Assembly: GCA_038065555.1 (NCBI GenBank)
Contig: JBBTQS010000004.1
Coordinates: 65-64,064 of the forward strand
Origin: Patescibacteria group bacterium
Lineage (GTDB): Bacteria; Patescibacteriota; Patescibacteriia; Magasanikbacterales; JBBTQS01
Reading direction: 5' to 3'
DNA length: 64,000 bases
This document shows positions 55,314-64,000 of this stretch, one piece after another. A program made the translations under genes and the position numbers. The first letter of the stretch is position 1. Every line of letters starts with the position of its first letter. The notes below the pieces were generated by a model. That model did not search any database and was not told where the DNA came from. It was given only the letters and a program-made list of their open reading frames with translations.

Positions 55314-56570
55314 CTATAAAAGATACAAGAGGGCGATGGCCGACGCACCCATGAAGAGACAGATCACCCACCCAAGGACATTCGAAAACAGCGAATTTGT
55401 GTGAGATTTCATGATCTTGCGGTTGCTGGAGATGAGCAAAATCACCACGAGGAGGATCGGCGCCGCCATCCCGTTGAAAATCGCGGTATAGTAGAGCATT
55501 TTGAATGGTGGAATACCAACGAAATTCACAAGGAGTCCCACGAGCGTTGCAAGAACAATCACGCCGTAGAATCCTTCTGCTTGGCGCCAAGTGCGTGCAA
55601 GCCCCGTGTGCCAGCCAAACGTCTCAGACACAGCATAAGATGCAGAACCTGCAAGGACAGGAACCGCAAGAAGTCCTGTGCCGATAATACCAATGGCGAA
55701 GAGAAGCGTTGCAAGTTCACCAGCGATAGGCGCCAACGCTCTTGCGGCCTGATCTGCTGTCTCGATCTGCGTAATGCCATTGGCGTTGAGCGTCACCGCT
55801 GTTGCAACAATGATGAAGAACATCACAATGTTGGAGAAGAACATACCGATGACAGTGTCCCAACGCATCGATGTGATGTCATTCTCCGTAACACGTGGCG
55901 CGCGTTGCGCACCAGGCAACAACTTGTGCTGCGCAATCGCCTCTTCTACTTCTTCATCAGCCTGCCAGAAGAAGAGGTATGGTGAGATCGTTGTACCAAG
56001 CAGCGCCACGAGCATCATCACAAATTCCTTCGACCACGTAATATGTGGAACAAAGGTATGCGTGAGCACCACAGCCCAATCCACTTTCACAGCGAACACT
56101 ACTGCGACGTACGCGAAGAGTGCTAGCGTAAGCCACTTCAATACTTTTGCGTATGTGCTATAGGTGAGGAAGATCACCAATCCCAACACGATCGCTGTGA
56201 GCAGTATCAAACACCAGACAAATGGCAACCCTGTCACCATCTCCGCAGCTGACGCCATCGCCCCCAAGTCTGCGCCGATATTGACCGTATTTGCGAGCAC
56301 GAGCAAAAAAACACAACTATACAAAATCCACTTCGGATAATGAATACGCATCACTGCCGCAAGCCCCTTCCCAGTCACCATACCAATGCGACCACACATT
56401 TCCTGCACCACCGTCATGAATGGAAATGTGAAGAGCGCCACCCACAGTGTGGAGAATCCAAATTGTGCTCCTGCTTGCGAATAGGTACCGATACCTGATG
56501 GATCATCATCTGATGCACCTGTGATGAATCCTGGTCCGAGAATGCGAAGGAACTTTTTGAAGCGACTCAT
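55314..56570 (-). CDS. NRAMP-related divalent metal transporter
   Basis: LGPGFITGASDDDPSGI.TYSQAGA, GTTISPYLFFWQ; about 11 TM helices. Confidence 0.9.
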   Translation of the reverse strand: MSRFKKFLRILGPGFITGASDDDPSGIGTYSQAGAQFGFSTLWVALFTFPFMTVVQEMCGRIGMVTGKGLAAVMRIHYPKWILYSCVFLLVLANTVNIGADLGAMASAAEMVTGLPFVWCLILLTAIVLGLVIFLTYSTYAKVLKWLTLALFAYVAVVFAVKVDWAVVLTHTFVPHITWSKEFVMMLVALLGTTISPYLFFWQADEEVEEAIAQHKLLPGAQRAPRVTENDITSMRWDTVIGMFFSNIVMFFIIVATAVTLNANGITQIETADQAARALAPIAGELATLLFAIGIIGTGLLAVPVLAGSASYAVSETFGWHTGLARTWRQAEGFYGVIVLATLVGLLVNFVGIPPFKMLYYTAIFNGMAAPILLVVILLISSNRKIMKSHTNSLFSNVLGWVICLFMGASAIALLYLL

Positions 56571-58327
56571 ACGATTTTGTTGGGTGCTGCGTCAGGCAAC
56601 AGCCCGTTTGATTGTAATGCTACCATGGAGCGATACAGTGTGCAGCTCTTCAGGAGTTCATCATGTGTTCCCTGCGCCTCAATGCGACCCTTATTCACCA
56701 CAAAAATCCGATCTACTGCGCGAATTGTCGAGAGACGATGCGCAATGATCACCGCCGTCTTCCCTTCGATGAGCGAAGACACGCTCTGTTGAATCGCACG
56801 TTCTGTAATTGAGTCGAGCGCTGATGTTGCCTCGTCGAGAATGACAATGTTCGCGTTCTTGAGTACTGCACGCGCGATCATGACGCGTTGTTTCTCTCCG
56901 CCGGAGAGATGTACACCACGCTCACCTACTACCGTCTTGAGGCCTTTCTTTTGCGCTGCAACAAATTCCGTGAGCGAGGCACGATCAATCGCGGTATTCA
57001 CTGCTGCGCTTGTCGCACGCAGATTCCCATACTTCACATTATACGCAAGCGACTCATGGAAGAGCATGTTCTCCTGCCAGACCATTGCAAGATGCGAGCG
57101 AAAATTATCATAGTTCCAATCAGACAATGACACACCATCGAGCGTCACCACACCTGACTTCGGATCGTAGAATCGAGCTAGGAGTTGCGCAATCGTAGAC
57201 TTACCTGCGCCCGACGGACCAACCAGCGCAACATGCTCACCTGGTTGGATGGTGAACGTAACATTACGAAGTACTGGTTTGTTGTCGTAGGAGAACGTAA
57301 CATTGCGCATTGCCAATGCACCATGCACTTGATTTTGCTCATGCGTACCACCACCTGAAGCAATCGTCTCAGGTGCTGCAGCAAGTTGCTTGAATTTATT
57401 CCAATCAATGATGTTCTTCTGTAGGTTCTGCAACTCAGTGACGAATGATCGCACAGGCGCAGTCAGGAAGCTCACGAACCCCATGAACATAAAGAACGTT
57501 CCCAGCGTGACTGAGCCATTGAGCATAAGTGGCACTCCAACCACTGCGAGAAGCAATCGCACAAACATGTCGATATCAAACATCTTTGCCATCGCCCAAT
57601 AGACATTGGTTCGAATCTGCAACTCCATCGCATGATGCAACGTGGAACCAATCCGCTGTACCTCGTGCGATTCACGTGCAAACAACTTCACCGCAAATAC
57701 GTTTTGCAACACGTCGCCAATCATACCAAACGATCGTGTCCACAACTTCCGCGCCTGATTCGCTTGTGCATCAGCTACACGATACGTGTACCACAAAATC
57801 GCCCCTTGTATCGGAAGCGCGATAAGGATCGTGAGCGCAAGTTGCCAACTGAACCACAACGACGCACTCAAAATCACCACAAACCCAAGCGCACCTGGTA
57901 ACAAATCATTGTACAGCTGCGCGTTTTGCGACCACAGCGCCTCGTGTGACTGATAGAGAACTGAGCTCACCTCTCCACCTTTTTTCTGATTGAACAGCGA
58001 AATGTTTTTTCCGAAGAGTTTTTGCAACGACGCTACATATATTTTCGCGTACTCCCGATTCATGAACGTCCACGATCCGTAGAATTGCAACGCGATCAAA
58101 ACAGATCCGAGTGCATTTGCTGCAACCCACCACCCAAGCGCTATCCACACCGGAGTAACCGGCGCTGCTATTGTGACACTCGCAATAATGCCATCAACAA
58201 TGCGGCCCATGTAATATGGACCAAGAAATGCGACTGATACACCACCTACCAGCGCTACGAGGTAGAGCGCACTCATCGCAGGACTATTGCGTAGGCTTGG
58301 AAAGAACTTTTTGTACAACTCCCACAT
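56567..58327 (-). CDS. ABC exporter, fused permease/ATP-binding
   Basis: Six-TM domain, GPSGAGKST, LSGGEKQR, ILDEATSALD, IAHRLST. Confidence 0.95.
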   Translation of the reverse strand: MWELYKKFFPSLRNSPAMSALYLVALVGGVSVAFLGPYYMGRIVDGIIASVTIAAPVTPVWIALGWWVAANALGSVLIALQFYGSWTFMNREYAKIYVASLQKLFGKNISLFNQKKGGEVSSVLYQSHEALWSQNAQLYNDLLPGALGFVVILSASLWFSWQLALTILIALPIQGAILWYTYRVADAQANQARKLWTRSFGMIGDVLQNVFAVKLFARESHEVQRIGSTLHHAMELQIRTNVYWAMAKMFDIDMFVRLLLAVVGVPLMLNGSVTLGTFFMFMGFVSFLTAPVRSFVTELQNLQKNIIDWNKFKQLAAAPETIASGGGTHEQNQVHGALAMRNVTFSYDNKPVLRNVTFTIQPGEHVALVGPSGAGKSTIAQLLARFYDPKSGVVTLDGVSLSDWNYDNFRSHLAMVWQENMLFHESLAYNVKYGNLRATSAAVNTAIDRASLTEFVAAQKKGLKTVVGERGVHLSGGEKQRVMIARAVLKNANIVILDEATSALDSITERAIQQSVSSLIEGKTAVIIAHRLSTIRAVDRIFVVNKGRIEAQGTHDELLKSCTLYRSMVALQSNGLLPDAAPNKIV

Positions 58328-58333
58328 AGGGAC

Positions 58334-58726
58334 TTACGAATCTTTTTTCTGAAATTTCAGCGCTGCCGAATTAATACAAAATCGCTCGCCAGTCTCTGTT
58401 GGTCCATCCTTGAAGACGTGACCGAGGTGCCCGCCACAGTGCGGACAGAGTACTTCCACGCGTTCCATGCCGTGCGACGCATCGGATTGTAACCGCACTG
58501 CATCTAGCGCTACCGAACGATCAAAAGCTGGCCACCCACATCCGGAATTGAACTTCGCATCTGATGCAAAGACTGCTGCACCACACCCCGCGCACTGATA
58601 CTCTCCCGGCTCGAAGAGCTCATCATACTCACCAGTGAACGGCGCCTCAGTTCCCTTCTCGCGCAAAATACGAAACTGCTCTGGCGTGAGTGATGCGCGC
58701 CATTCTTGTTCTGATTTTTCACGCAT
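58334..58726 (-). CDS. msrB: Peptide methionine (R)-sulfoxide reductase
   Basis: GTEAPFTG, SGCGWPAF, HLGHVF.DGP, RFCINS. Confidence 0.98.
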   Translation of the reverse strand: MREKSEQEWRASLTPEQFRILREKGTEAPFTGEYDELFEPGEYQCAGCGAAVFASDAKFNSGCGWPAFDRSVALDAVRLQSDASHGMERVEVLCPHCGGHLGHVFKDGPTETGERFCINSAALKFQKKDS

Positions 58727-58819
58727 AGTGCCACTAGTATATCATGCAGAACAAAAAAAGATGACCCGCCGGCGTTGAAGCGCGCGGCGGGCCAGTTGAA
58801 CACACGATGGTGTCGTCTC

Positions 58820-59251
58820 CTACAGAAGCCGCAGCTCCCGCATGTTGCGCGGAAATTTCCAGGACTCGCACGTGAGCCCTGTCTCAATCCGCGACATCCA
58901 CTTCCTCGTGATCTCATCGGTCGGTTCGACGACGAGATCCAGATGGTAGCACCGCCTCAGTGGTGGTGCTTGGACGCTTGTTCTCAGAACCCTCAGTCGC
59001 GGAGCAACGTCCTTGACGATACTCCACATGAATGGAAGATATCCACCACTCTTCAATGGATAGGGCAGATACACCCCCTTCCACGTCTCCACCTCCTTTT
59101 GCGAAATGATCCGGTCTGGCTCGAAGATGAGCTTGAGACCGGAGAGTTGCTTGTCGAACGTGACCACAATCACGCCCCATTGGTTTGGGCTCGTCACACG
59201 AATCCCCGCCTCGTTGCCGCGCACATCTCGTGCAGCAATTACGGTCGGCAT
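58820..59251 (-). CDS. Hypothetical protein
   Basis: GGAGG SD; promoter TTGACA-N17-TAGTAT (59325-59297); terminator 58763-58793. Confidence 0.65.
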   Translation of the reverse strand: MPTVIAARDVRGNEAGIRVTSPNQWGVIVVTFDKQLSGLKLIFEPDRIISQKEVETWKGVYLPYPLKSGGYLPFMWSIVKDVAPRLRVLRTSVQAPPLRRCYHLDLVVEPTDEITRKWMSRIETGLTCESWKFPRNMRELRLL

Positions 59252-59350
59252 CGCCTCTTCTCCTCCCTGCGTTCACACCCGGAGCGCAAGTGTGGTATAC
59301 TATCGCCAATCAAACATTTTGTCAAGTATTACTTGCGTAATCATTTCTCT

Positions 59351-61042
59351 ATGTCGAAACGTTCTTTTTCAGAAAGTGACCCATCGATGCGTGGCGCACA
59401 TGGAGTAACTGGCGAACACGCAATCTCCGATACTCGACACAAAAGCATCGAGGAGCAGTTATCTCCTGCAGCACTCGCCGAACTTGCGCGTGATCAAGAG
59501 CGTTGGAACAAAGAAGATGCTGAGTTCATTGACGAACACGAAAAGTCACTCGAGACCAAACACCGAAACGCGCTCGCCGAAGCGCGCACAGAGGCGCTAC
59601 AGGCTGAAAAAGAAGTCTCGACTGAACTCGAAACACTTCTCGAGAGCAGTGCGCTTCCACCATTGGCAAAGAGAATCCTGAGTTCTGACACACATCTACG
59701 CAGTCAATTTGCAGATTCTCTGATCGAAGCTGCAGCACAAAATGGAACTACTGTTGATCGACTGAACAAAAATGGATGGAACGAAGCATTCGAAAGCGTG
59801 ATTGCACTACGACAACAAGAGTTAGAAGCACACGGACTTGCATTTGATACAGATGGTACACTTCTCCAAGGAGAAACATCCCGACGACTCAGCGAACACG
59901 ATACATTGCTCGCCAAAGAGCTCATGTGGTTGCGTGAACTTCTTCACGAGGAACCAGGCACAGCGAACAAGCCAAACCGCTTGGAGCCAACCCGTCCTCT
60001 GCGCCCTACCGCACAGCCAAAAGCAACACCTCCTCGCGAAACCAACAAACCATTCTTCAACCGAGTAGCATCCAAATTCGGCAAATTCCTTGCAGGTGTT
60101 GGACTCTGGCTTGGCGGAACCAGTGGTGGAGATTTCGACCAATCGTCGAACCAGCGCGCGCAGGACGAACAGGAGCCGAATCGCGCCCTTCCAGCATACG
60201 CAGCAGAATCACCTTCACGAAATACTCGCGCAGAACTCCCTTCTGACTCTATCGAATTCTCCGAAGAAGAATCCATGGATGTCATGAATAGTGCACGTCC
60301 TGAGGTTCCTTCTGAGATGATCGAGTTCTCCGAAGAAGAATCTGAGGCAGTGATGAAGGCTGAGGTAGCTGCAGCAGTGCGCAAAGCAAAGGCACAGAAC
60401 ACCAACAAAGCAGGCGCAACACGTGCAAAAGCAAGCACAGTGAACACCAAGCGTGCAGCAGCACCAGAAGGCACAAAGGCAATGCCGAAGGCAGCACAAG
60501 ACATGCTCGACGCATTCAAGTGGTACAGCGATGAAGTTACCAAGCCTAAGACGCGCGAATCCGTGAACAACGGTGGCGCAGCCAACGAACTCCTCAAGAG
60601 CGTACCCAAGGCTCCAGAGAAGCGTCAGTCTGTTGCGCGCTACAAAGTTGCTGCAACCAGACTTGCGCAAGAGTATGCCAAGGGATCTGTTGGAGACGAC
60701 GATCTCACATCATTGCGCGGCACCGTTGAGAGCGACATGCAGCGAGGCAAAATCAATCCTGTTGATGGCAAGAAGTTGCTCCGCGATATCGACGACATGC
60801 GCGGTGTTCCCGAAGCTCAACAAGCAGCAAAGCCAGCGCCAGAATTCAAGAAGCCAGTCATGGCTCGCACACCAAGCAAGAGCCGAGGTCTCTCTGCCAT
60901 CCAAGCACAGACCGCGGAAGGCAAGAAAGTTCTCTCTGATATTGACCGCCAGATTCAATCCGTTCGCGACGCAGTACATCGCGGCGAACTCACATTGAAG
61001 CAAGGCGCAGAGCAGGTTCGAATGCTCAAAGACCTCAAGTAG
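59351..61042 (+). CDS. Large low-complexity hypothetical protein with internal repeats
   Basis: 563 aa from MSKRSF; charged helical N-half, central hydrophobic segment, acidic 23-aa duplication. Confidence 0.8.
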   Translation: MSKRSFSESDPSMRGAHGVTGEHAISDTRHKSIEEQLSPAALAELARDQERWNKEDAEFIDEHEKSLETKHRNALAEARTEALQAEKEVSTELETLLESSALPPLAKRILSSDTHLRSQFADSLIEAAAQNGTTVDRLNKNGWNEAFESVIALRQQELEAHGLAFDTDGTLLQGETSRRLSEHDTLLAKELMWLRELLHEEPGTANKPNRLEPTRPLRPTAQPKATPPRETNKPFFNRVASKFGKFLAGVGLWLGGTSGGDFDQSSNQRAQDEQEPNRALPAYAAESPSRNTRAELPSDSIEFSEEESMDVMNSARPEVPSEMIEFSEEESEAVMKAEVAAAVRKAKAQNTNKAGATRAKASTVNTKRAAAPEGTKAMPKAAQDMLDAFKWYSDEVTKPKTRESVNNGGAANELLKSVPKAPEKRQSVARYKVAATRLAQEYAKGSVGDDDLTSLRGTVESDMQRGKINPVDGKKLLRDIDDMRGVPEAQQAAKPAPEFKKPVMARTPSKSRGLSAIQAQTAEGKKVLSDIDRQIQSVRDAVHRGELTLKQGAEQVRMLKDLK

Positions 61043-61046
61043 TCTC

Positions 61047-61084
61047 AACAAAAAACACCGCCTGCGAGGGCGGTGTTTTTTGTT
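61047..61084. terminator. Bidirectional terminator
   Basis: AAAAAACACCGCC-TGCGAG-GGCGGTGTTTTTT between convergent genes. Confidence 0.85.
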
Positions 61085-61098
61085 TGTCGAATCTCGCA

Positions 61099-61788
61099 CT
61101 ACTTCTTTGCTACAAACTGCATCTTGAGGACCACATGCTCATCAACCCATGCAATGAATGAAAGCGACGGAATCGTGAGACCAAAATCTGCATACTTGAT
61201 CTTCGTCTCCCCCGTCCCACTCACCGCAGTTTCGCTATCGCGCTTGATTGTTGTGTCGAACGTGACGGACTTCGTAACTCCACTTACCGTGAGATCCCCT
61301 GTCACCTGCACCTTTGCACTCTCGCCGATCGCGAGCTTCTGCGGCATTCCTGCGAGTGATGTTGGCTTGAACACGACGAATTCGTTTTCGTCCTTGTCAG
61401 AGCGTAGAATCACGCGCGAGAGTGTGCCATTGCGGCGCTCATTGTCGGTCTTGAGTGTGCGCGCGTTGATGCGGATCTCCCCGAGTGTGGACTGAGATGG
61501 ATTCTCCGCGTTGTAGAGAAACTCACCAGAAATCTGGTCCGTTGCCCCGACTACATGCGTAGGCTTACCATTGAGAGTCTCGTCGATTTCGAATTGCGCC
61601 TTCGACTCTGTCGAGACAATGCGGTAGAGCTCCTGACCTAACTGCGCCTGTGCTGCAAGTGTCGCTGTGCTGGCCGCGCCTTGCTGCTGCACATCCACAC
61701 TTGGCGCTGGAGCTGGTCGGGTGTAGTAGAGGAAGCCTCCTACTCCGAGCACTACTACCACACCGGCAATAATCGCTATTTGTCGCAT
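61099..61788 (-). CDS. YceI-family lipid/polyisoprenoid-binding protein
   Basis: N-terminal TM; TLKTDNERRN..L, GDLTVSGVTKSVTF, DFGL. Confidence 0.88.
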   Translation of the reverse strand: MRQIAIIAGVVVVLGVGGFLYYTRPAPAPSVDVQQQGAASTATLAAQAQLGQELYRIVSTESKAQFEIDETLNGKPTHVVGATDQISGEFLYNAENPSQSTLGEIRINARTLKTDNERRNGTLSRVILRSDKDENEFVVFKPTSLAGMPQKLAIGESAKVQVTGDLTVSGVTKSVTFDTTIKRDSETAVSGTGETKIKYADFGLTIPSLSFIAWVDEHVVLKMQFVAKK

Positions 61789-61932
61789 ATATAAGATAGT
61801 TAAAAGAATACTCACAGCATACCAATACTTGACAATACATGGCAAAATCGCTACCCTCGAATGTCATGAGCTCGATGGAGCAGCACCTACGCTTCTCCTG
61901 GATGGTTCTGACAACCGACGGAAAGGATTACC

Positions 61933-62196
61933 ATGAAAATCGTGAAGGCAGGGCGTCAATCCCCCGAGTGGAGCCGTGAATTCGAGTGCGAAGGATGCGG
62001 AACAGTCGTCTCTGTCGAGAGGGCTGATCTGTACAAGCGGCGCACAACTACTAGTGAGGACAGCCGACGACCGCGCGACACAGTCGTCGCCGATTGCGTG
62101 TGCTGCAAGCGCCGCATCGTGGTCCAAGATCACGCGACCAACGACTGGGGCGATCTCCCTGAGCATGGGGTGCAGGAGAAGCCACAGGACGAATGA
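61933..62196 (+). CDS. Small Zn-ribbon protein
   Basis: CEGC...CVCC; AAGGA SD; promoter TTGACA-N17-TACCCT (61829-61857); terminator 62218-62252. Confidence 0.7.
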   Translation: MKIVKAGRQSPEWSREFECEGCGTVVSVERADLYKRRTTTSEDSRRPRDTVVADCVCCKRRIVVQDHATNDWGDLPEHGVQEKPQDE

Positions 62197-62261
62197 CAAC
62201 CTGGTAAGGAAACCAACCAACAGCGCAGACCTAACCCGAGTCTGCGCTGTTGTGTTTTTAT

Positions 62262-63986
62262 TTACTCTCTACCATTTTCCCTTTCCACTTTCGAAGCATC
62301 ATACGAGCTGACTGAGTTTGTGGCAGCTCCTGTATACATAACACGACTTGCGTCGCGCGCGGTACCGTAGAGAGATTGTGTTACTCGTGTATTAGCACGG
62401 AAGACGTCAGTGAGCGCAACGTCTGCGCGCAGTGCTGTGAACTCTGGAGCGATGAGTCTTGCTGCGTCTGTGCCGTATATCCCGAGATGCGTTGTTGATC
62501 CAAGGAGCGTCAATCGAGAGACATCTGCGAGGCGCAGCGACGTGGTCACCATTTCGAGCTCAACCACTGCGCGTGCTGCATCGGAGAGCGTGATCGAGAT
62601 TTCCGAACCGACTACCTTGTCCACAGACACGTCCACTGAATGTGATGCAGCGATCGCAGTCACTTCAGGCATAGTAATCGTAATATCACTCGCGCGATGG
62701 TCGAAGCAGAACAAGCAGAATCCACGATCACTCTTGTCATGTGCAACCAGCAAGATTTCTCCCTGCACACTGAAGTCCAGCATCTCGTGTGCACGCTGTG
62801 TTCCTTGCACCTCAATCTTGTGTTCTGGTCCACGAACTACATGCACGTTATCTACACCGGACTGCAACGCCAACTGTGTAAATACTCCTGGTGGGACAAC
62901 CGTCTCGGTCGTAACGCGATACTGCGGCATCTCTGAGATACGCTCATGTACCTGCGGCACGTATCGTACTGCAAGTGTTCCAGCTGTAATTGCAGCGATG
63001 ATCCAAATACTCACGAGGATCAACCCGGTAGAGAGGCGCATTTTCCACTTGCGCGCGAAGAGCGATACACCGAACGTGATCGCGAATGTGAGCGGAATCG
63101 TAACAAGAAGTACTCCCAGCGCAATCGCGGTGTAGAGCAACCCGCTCGAGATCACTGACGCCACAGGGAAATCGAAGTATGGCGAATGTGCATTGAACGC
63201 AAGATTCGCTGCCACAAAAAGGAGGATCAGGATTCCAATGGTCGGAAAGACCATGAGAAACAAACTCCCGATCACAACAATCAACCGAGCGAACCCACGA
63301 ATAATTGCACCAAAGAATGCGAACACGCGATCAATGAATCGTCGCAATCCAGACTGCGCACCCACAAATGCTGCACCATTCTTGCGCAAGTTCTCTGCAC
63401 TTTCGTTCACCGTATCCTTGAACGAAGAGAGTGTCACTGGCCCGCCGCGCATTCGAACCTTGTCAGCGGGCGTCTGCGCTTTTGGGACAATCAGCGCCAA
63501 AATAATGTAGAGCGCGATCATCGCACCACCAGATACGAATGTTAGGAGGATGAAGATGACACGTACGATTAGTGGATCAATATCGAAGTACGCGGCGATT
63601 CCAGCAGCAACACCTGCAATCACTCCACGATCCATATCACGGAAGAGTCGACGCGGTGGCTGCGGCTCCATCTCTGGTTCTGCAGACTTTTCACGCGCGG
63701 ATTCCTGTTCTCCTTGCGCAGAATCCGTGATCTCTTCGACAGTACCCATGATCTCAATGACATGGTTCACATGATCGATCGTAACAACGGTTGTGTGTGC
63801 GACTTCGAGACGCTCGAGGAGTTGCTCTGCAATACGCGCTTCGATGTCTTGCTTCACTTCGCGCCCTTCGGGCAACGCATCAAAGTAATGCGCGATGGCA
63901 TCAAGATAGGATTGCAACTTTTGATACCCATCTTCCTCGAGAGTGAAGAGCGAGCTTGCAATGGTTACGTGGACTGCTTTTTTCAT
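62262..63986 (-). CDS. PspC-domain membrane protein with C-terminal GIN/DUF2807-like domain
   Basis: DIEARIAE N-terminus, RLFRD....IAGVAAGIAAYFDIDP.IVR, C-terminal (T/S)D(A/V)(A/S)R beta-solenoid repeats. Confidence 0.88.
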   Translation of the reverse strand: MKKAVHVTIASSLFTLEEDGYQKLQSYLDAIAHYFDALPEGREVKQDIEARIAEQLLERLEVAHTTVVTIDHVNHVIEIMGTVEEITDSAQGEQESAREKSAEPEMEPQPPRRLFRDMDRGVIAGVAAGIAAYFDIDPLIVRVIFILLTFVSGGAMIALYIILALIVPKAQTPADKVRMRGGPVTLSSFKDTVNESAENLRKNGAAFVGAQSGLRRFIDRVFAFFGAIIRGFARLIVVIGSLFLMVFPTIGILILLFVAANLAFNAHSPYFDFPVASVISSGLLYTAIALGVLLVTIPLTFAITFGVSLFARKWKMRLSTGLILVSIWIIAAITAGTLAVRYVPQVHERISEMPQYRVTTETVVPPGVFTQLALQSGVDNVHVVRGPEHKIEVQGTQRAHEMLDFSVQGEILLVAHDKSDRGFCLFCFDHRASDITITMPEVTAIAASHSVDVSVDKVVGSEISITLSDAARAVVELEMVTTSLRLADVSRLTLLGSTTHLGIYGTDAARLIAPEFTALRADVALTDVFRANTRVTQSLYGTARDASRVMYTGAATNSVSSYDASKVERENGRE

Positions 63987-64000
63987 AGTGATTTCTTGAG

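Noticed and set aside
58775-59350. N-terminal 192 aa of the 755-aa ORF
   Set aside because: Overlaps the minus-strand gene 58820-59251, which has promoter, SD and terminator; ATG 59351 has a core-type context
1-64000. UGA recoding (genetic code 25)
   Set aside because: Conserved genes are full length under code 11 and TGA ends several ORFs at sensible positions

Overview
A gene-dense bacterial chromosome segment. It most likely comes from a Patescibacteria/CPR organism (inference from housekeeping starts without Shine-Dalgarno (SD) sequences, a short hingeless SMC, pilin-like hydrolase fusions, tRNA-Arg(GCG) and many ORFans). It holds the 5' end of a 16S rRNA gene, two tRNAs and many housekeeping genes (trmD, khpA, rpsP, smc, clpP, tsaD, dnaE, pheST, rseP, murD, lemA, htpX, clpC, radA, recG, typA, msrB). 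No transposase, integrase, CRISPR array or intact prophage is visible. The main structure not explained by standard annotation is a second class of genes: about 15 ORFan units, most with their own TTGAC(A/G)-N17-TAnnnT promoter, a clear SD and a terminator. They are inserted between SD-less core genes, split the rpsP-khpA-trmD operon, and are sometimes bounded by repeated terminator/-35 modules. Their cargo includes an SF2 helicase fused to sigma70 region 4, a small protein with sigma54-like ends around a DENND4-like Zn domain, and a gene frameshifted by an 11-bp tandem repeat. Also present: two families of dispersed structured hairpin elements, a promoter-driven G-U-rich hairpin ncRNA candidate, a CsoSCA-like carbonic anhydrase with no carboxysome genes in the window, and a DsbA plus pilin-peptidoglycan-hydrolase cluster. 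All family assignments come from motif recognition by eye; no searches were run.
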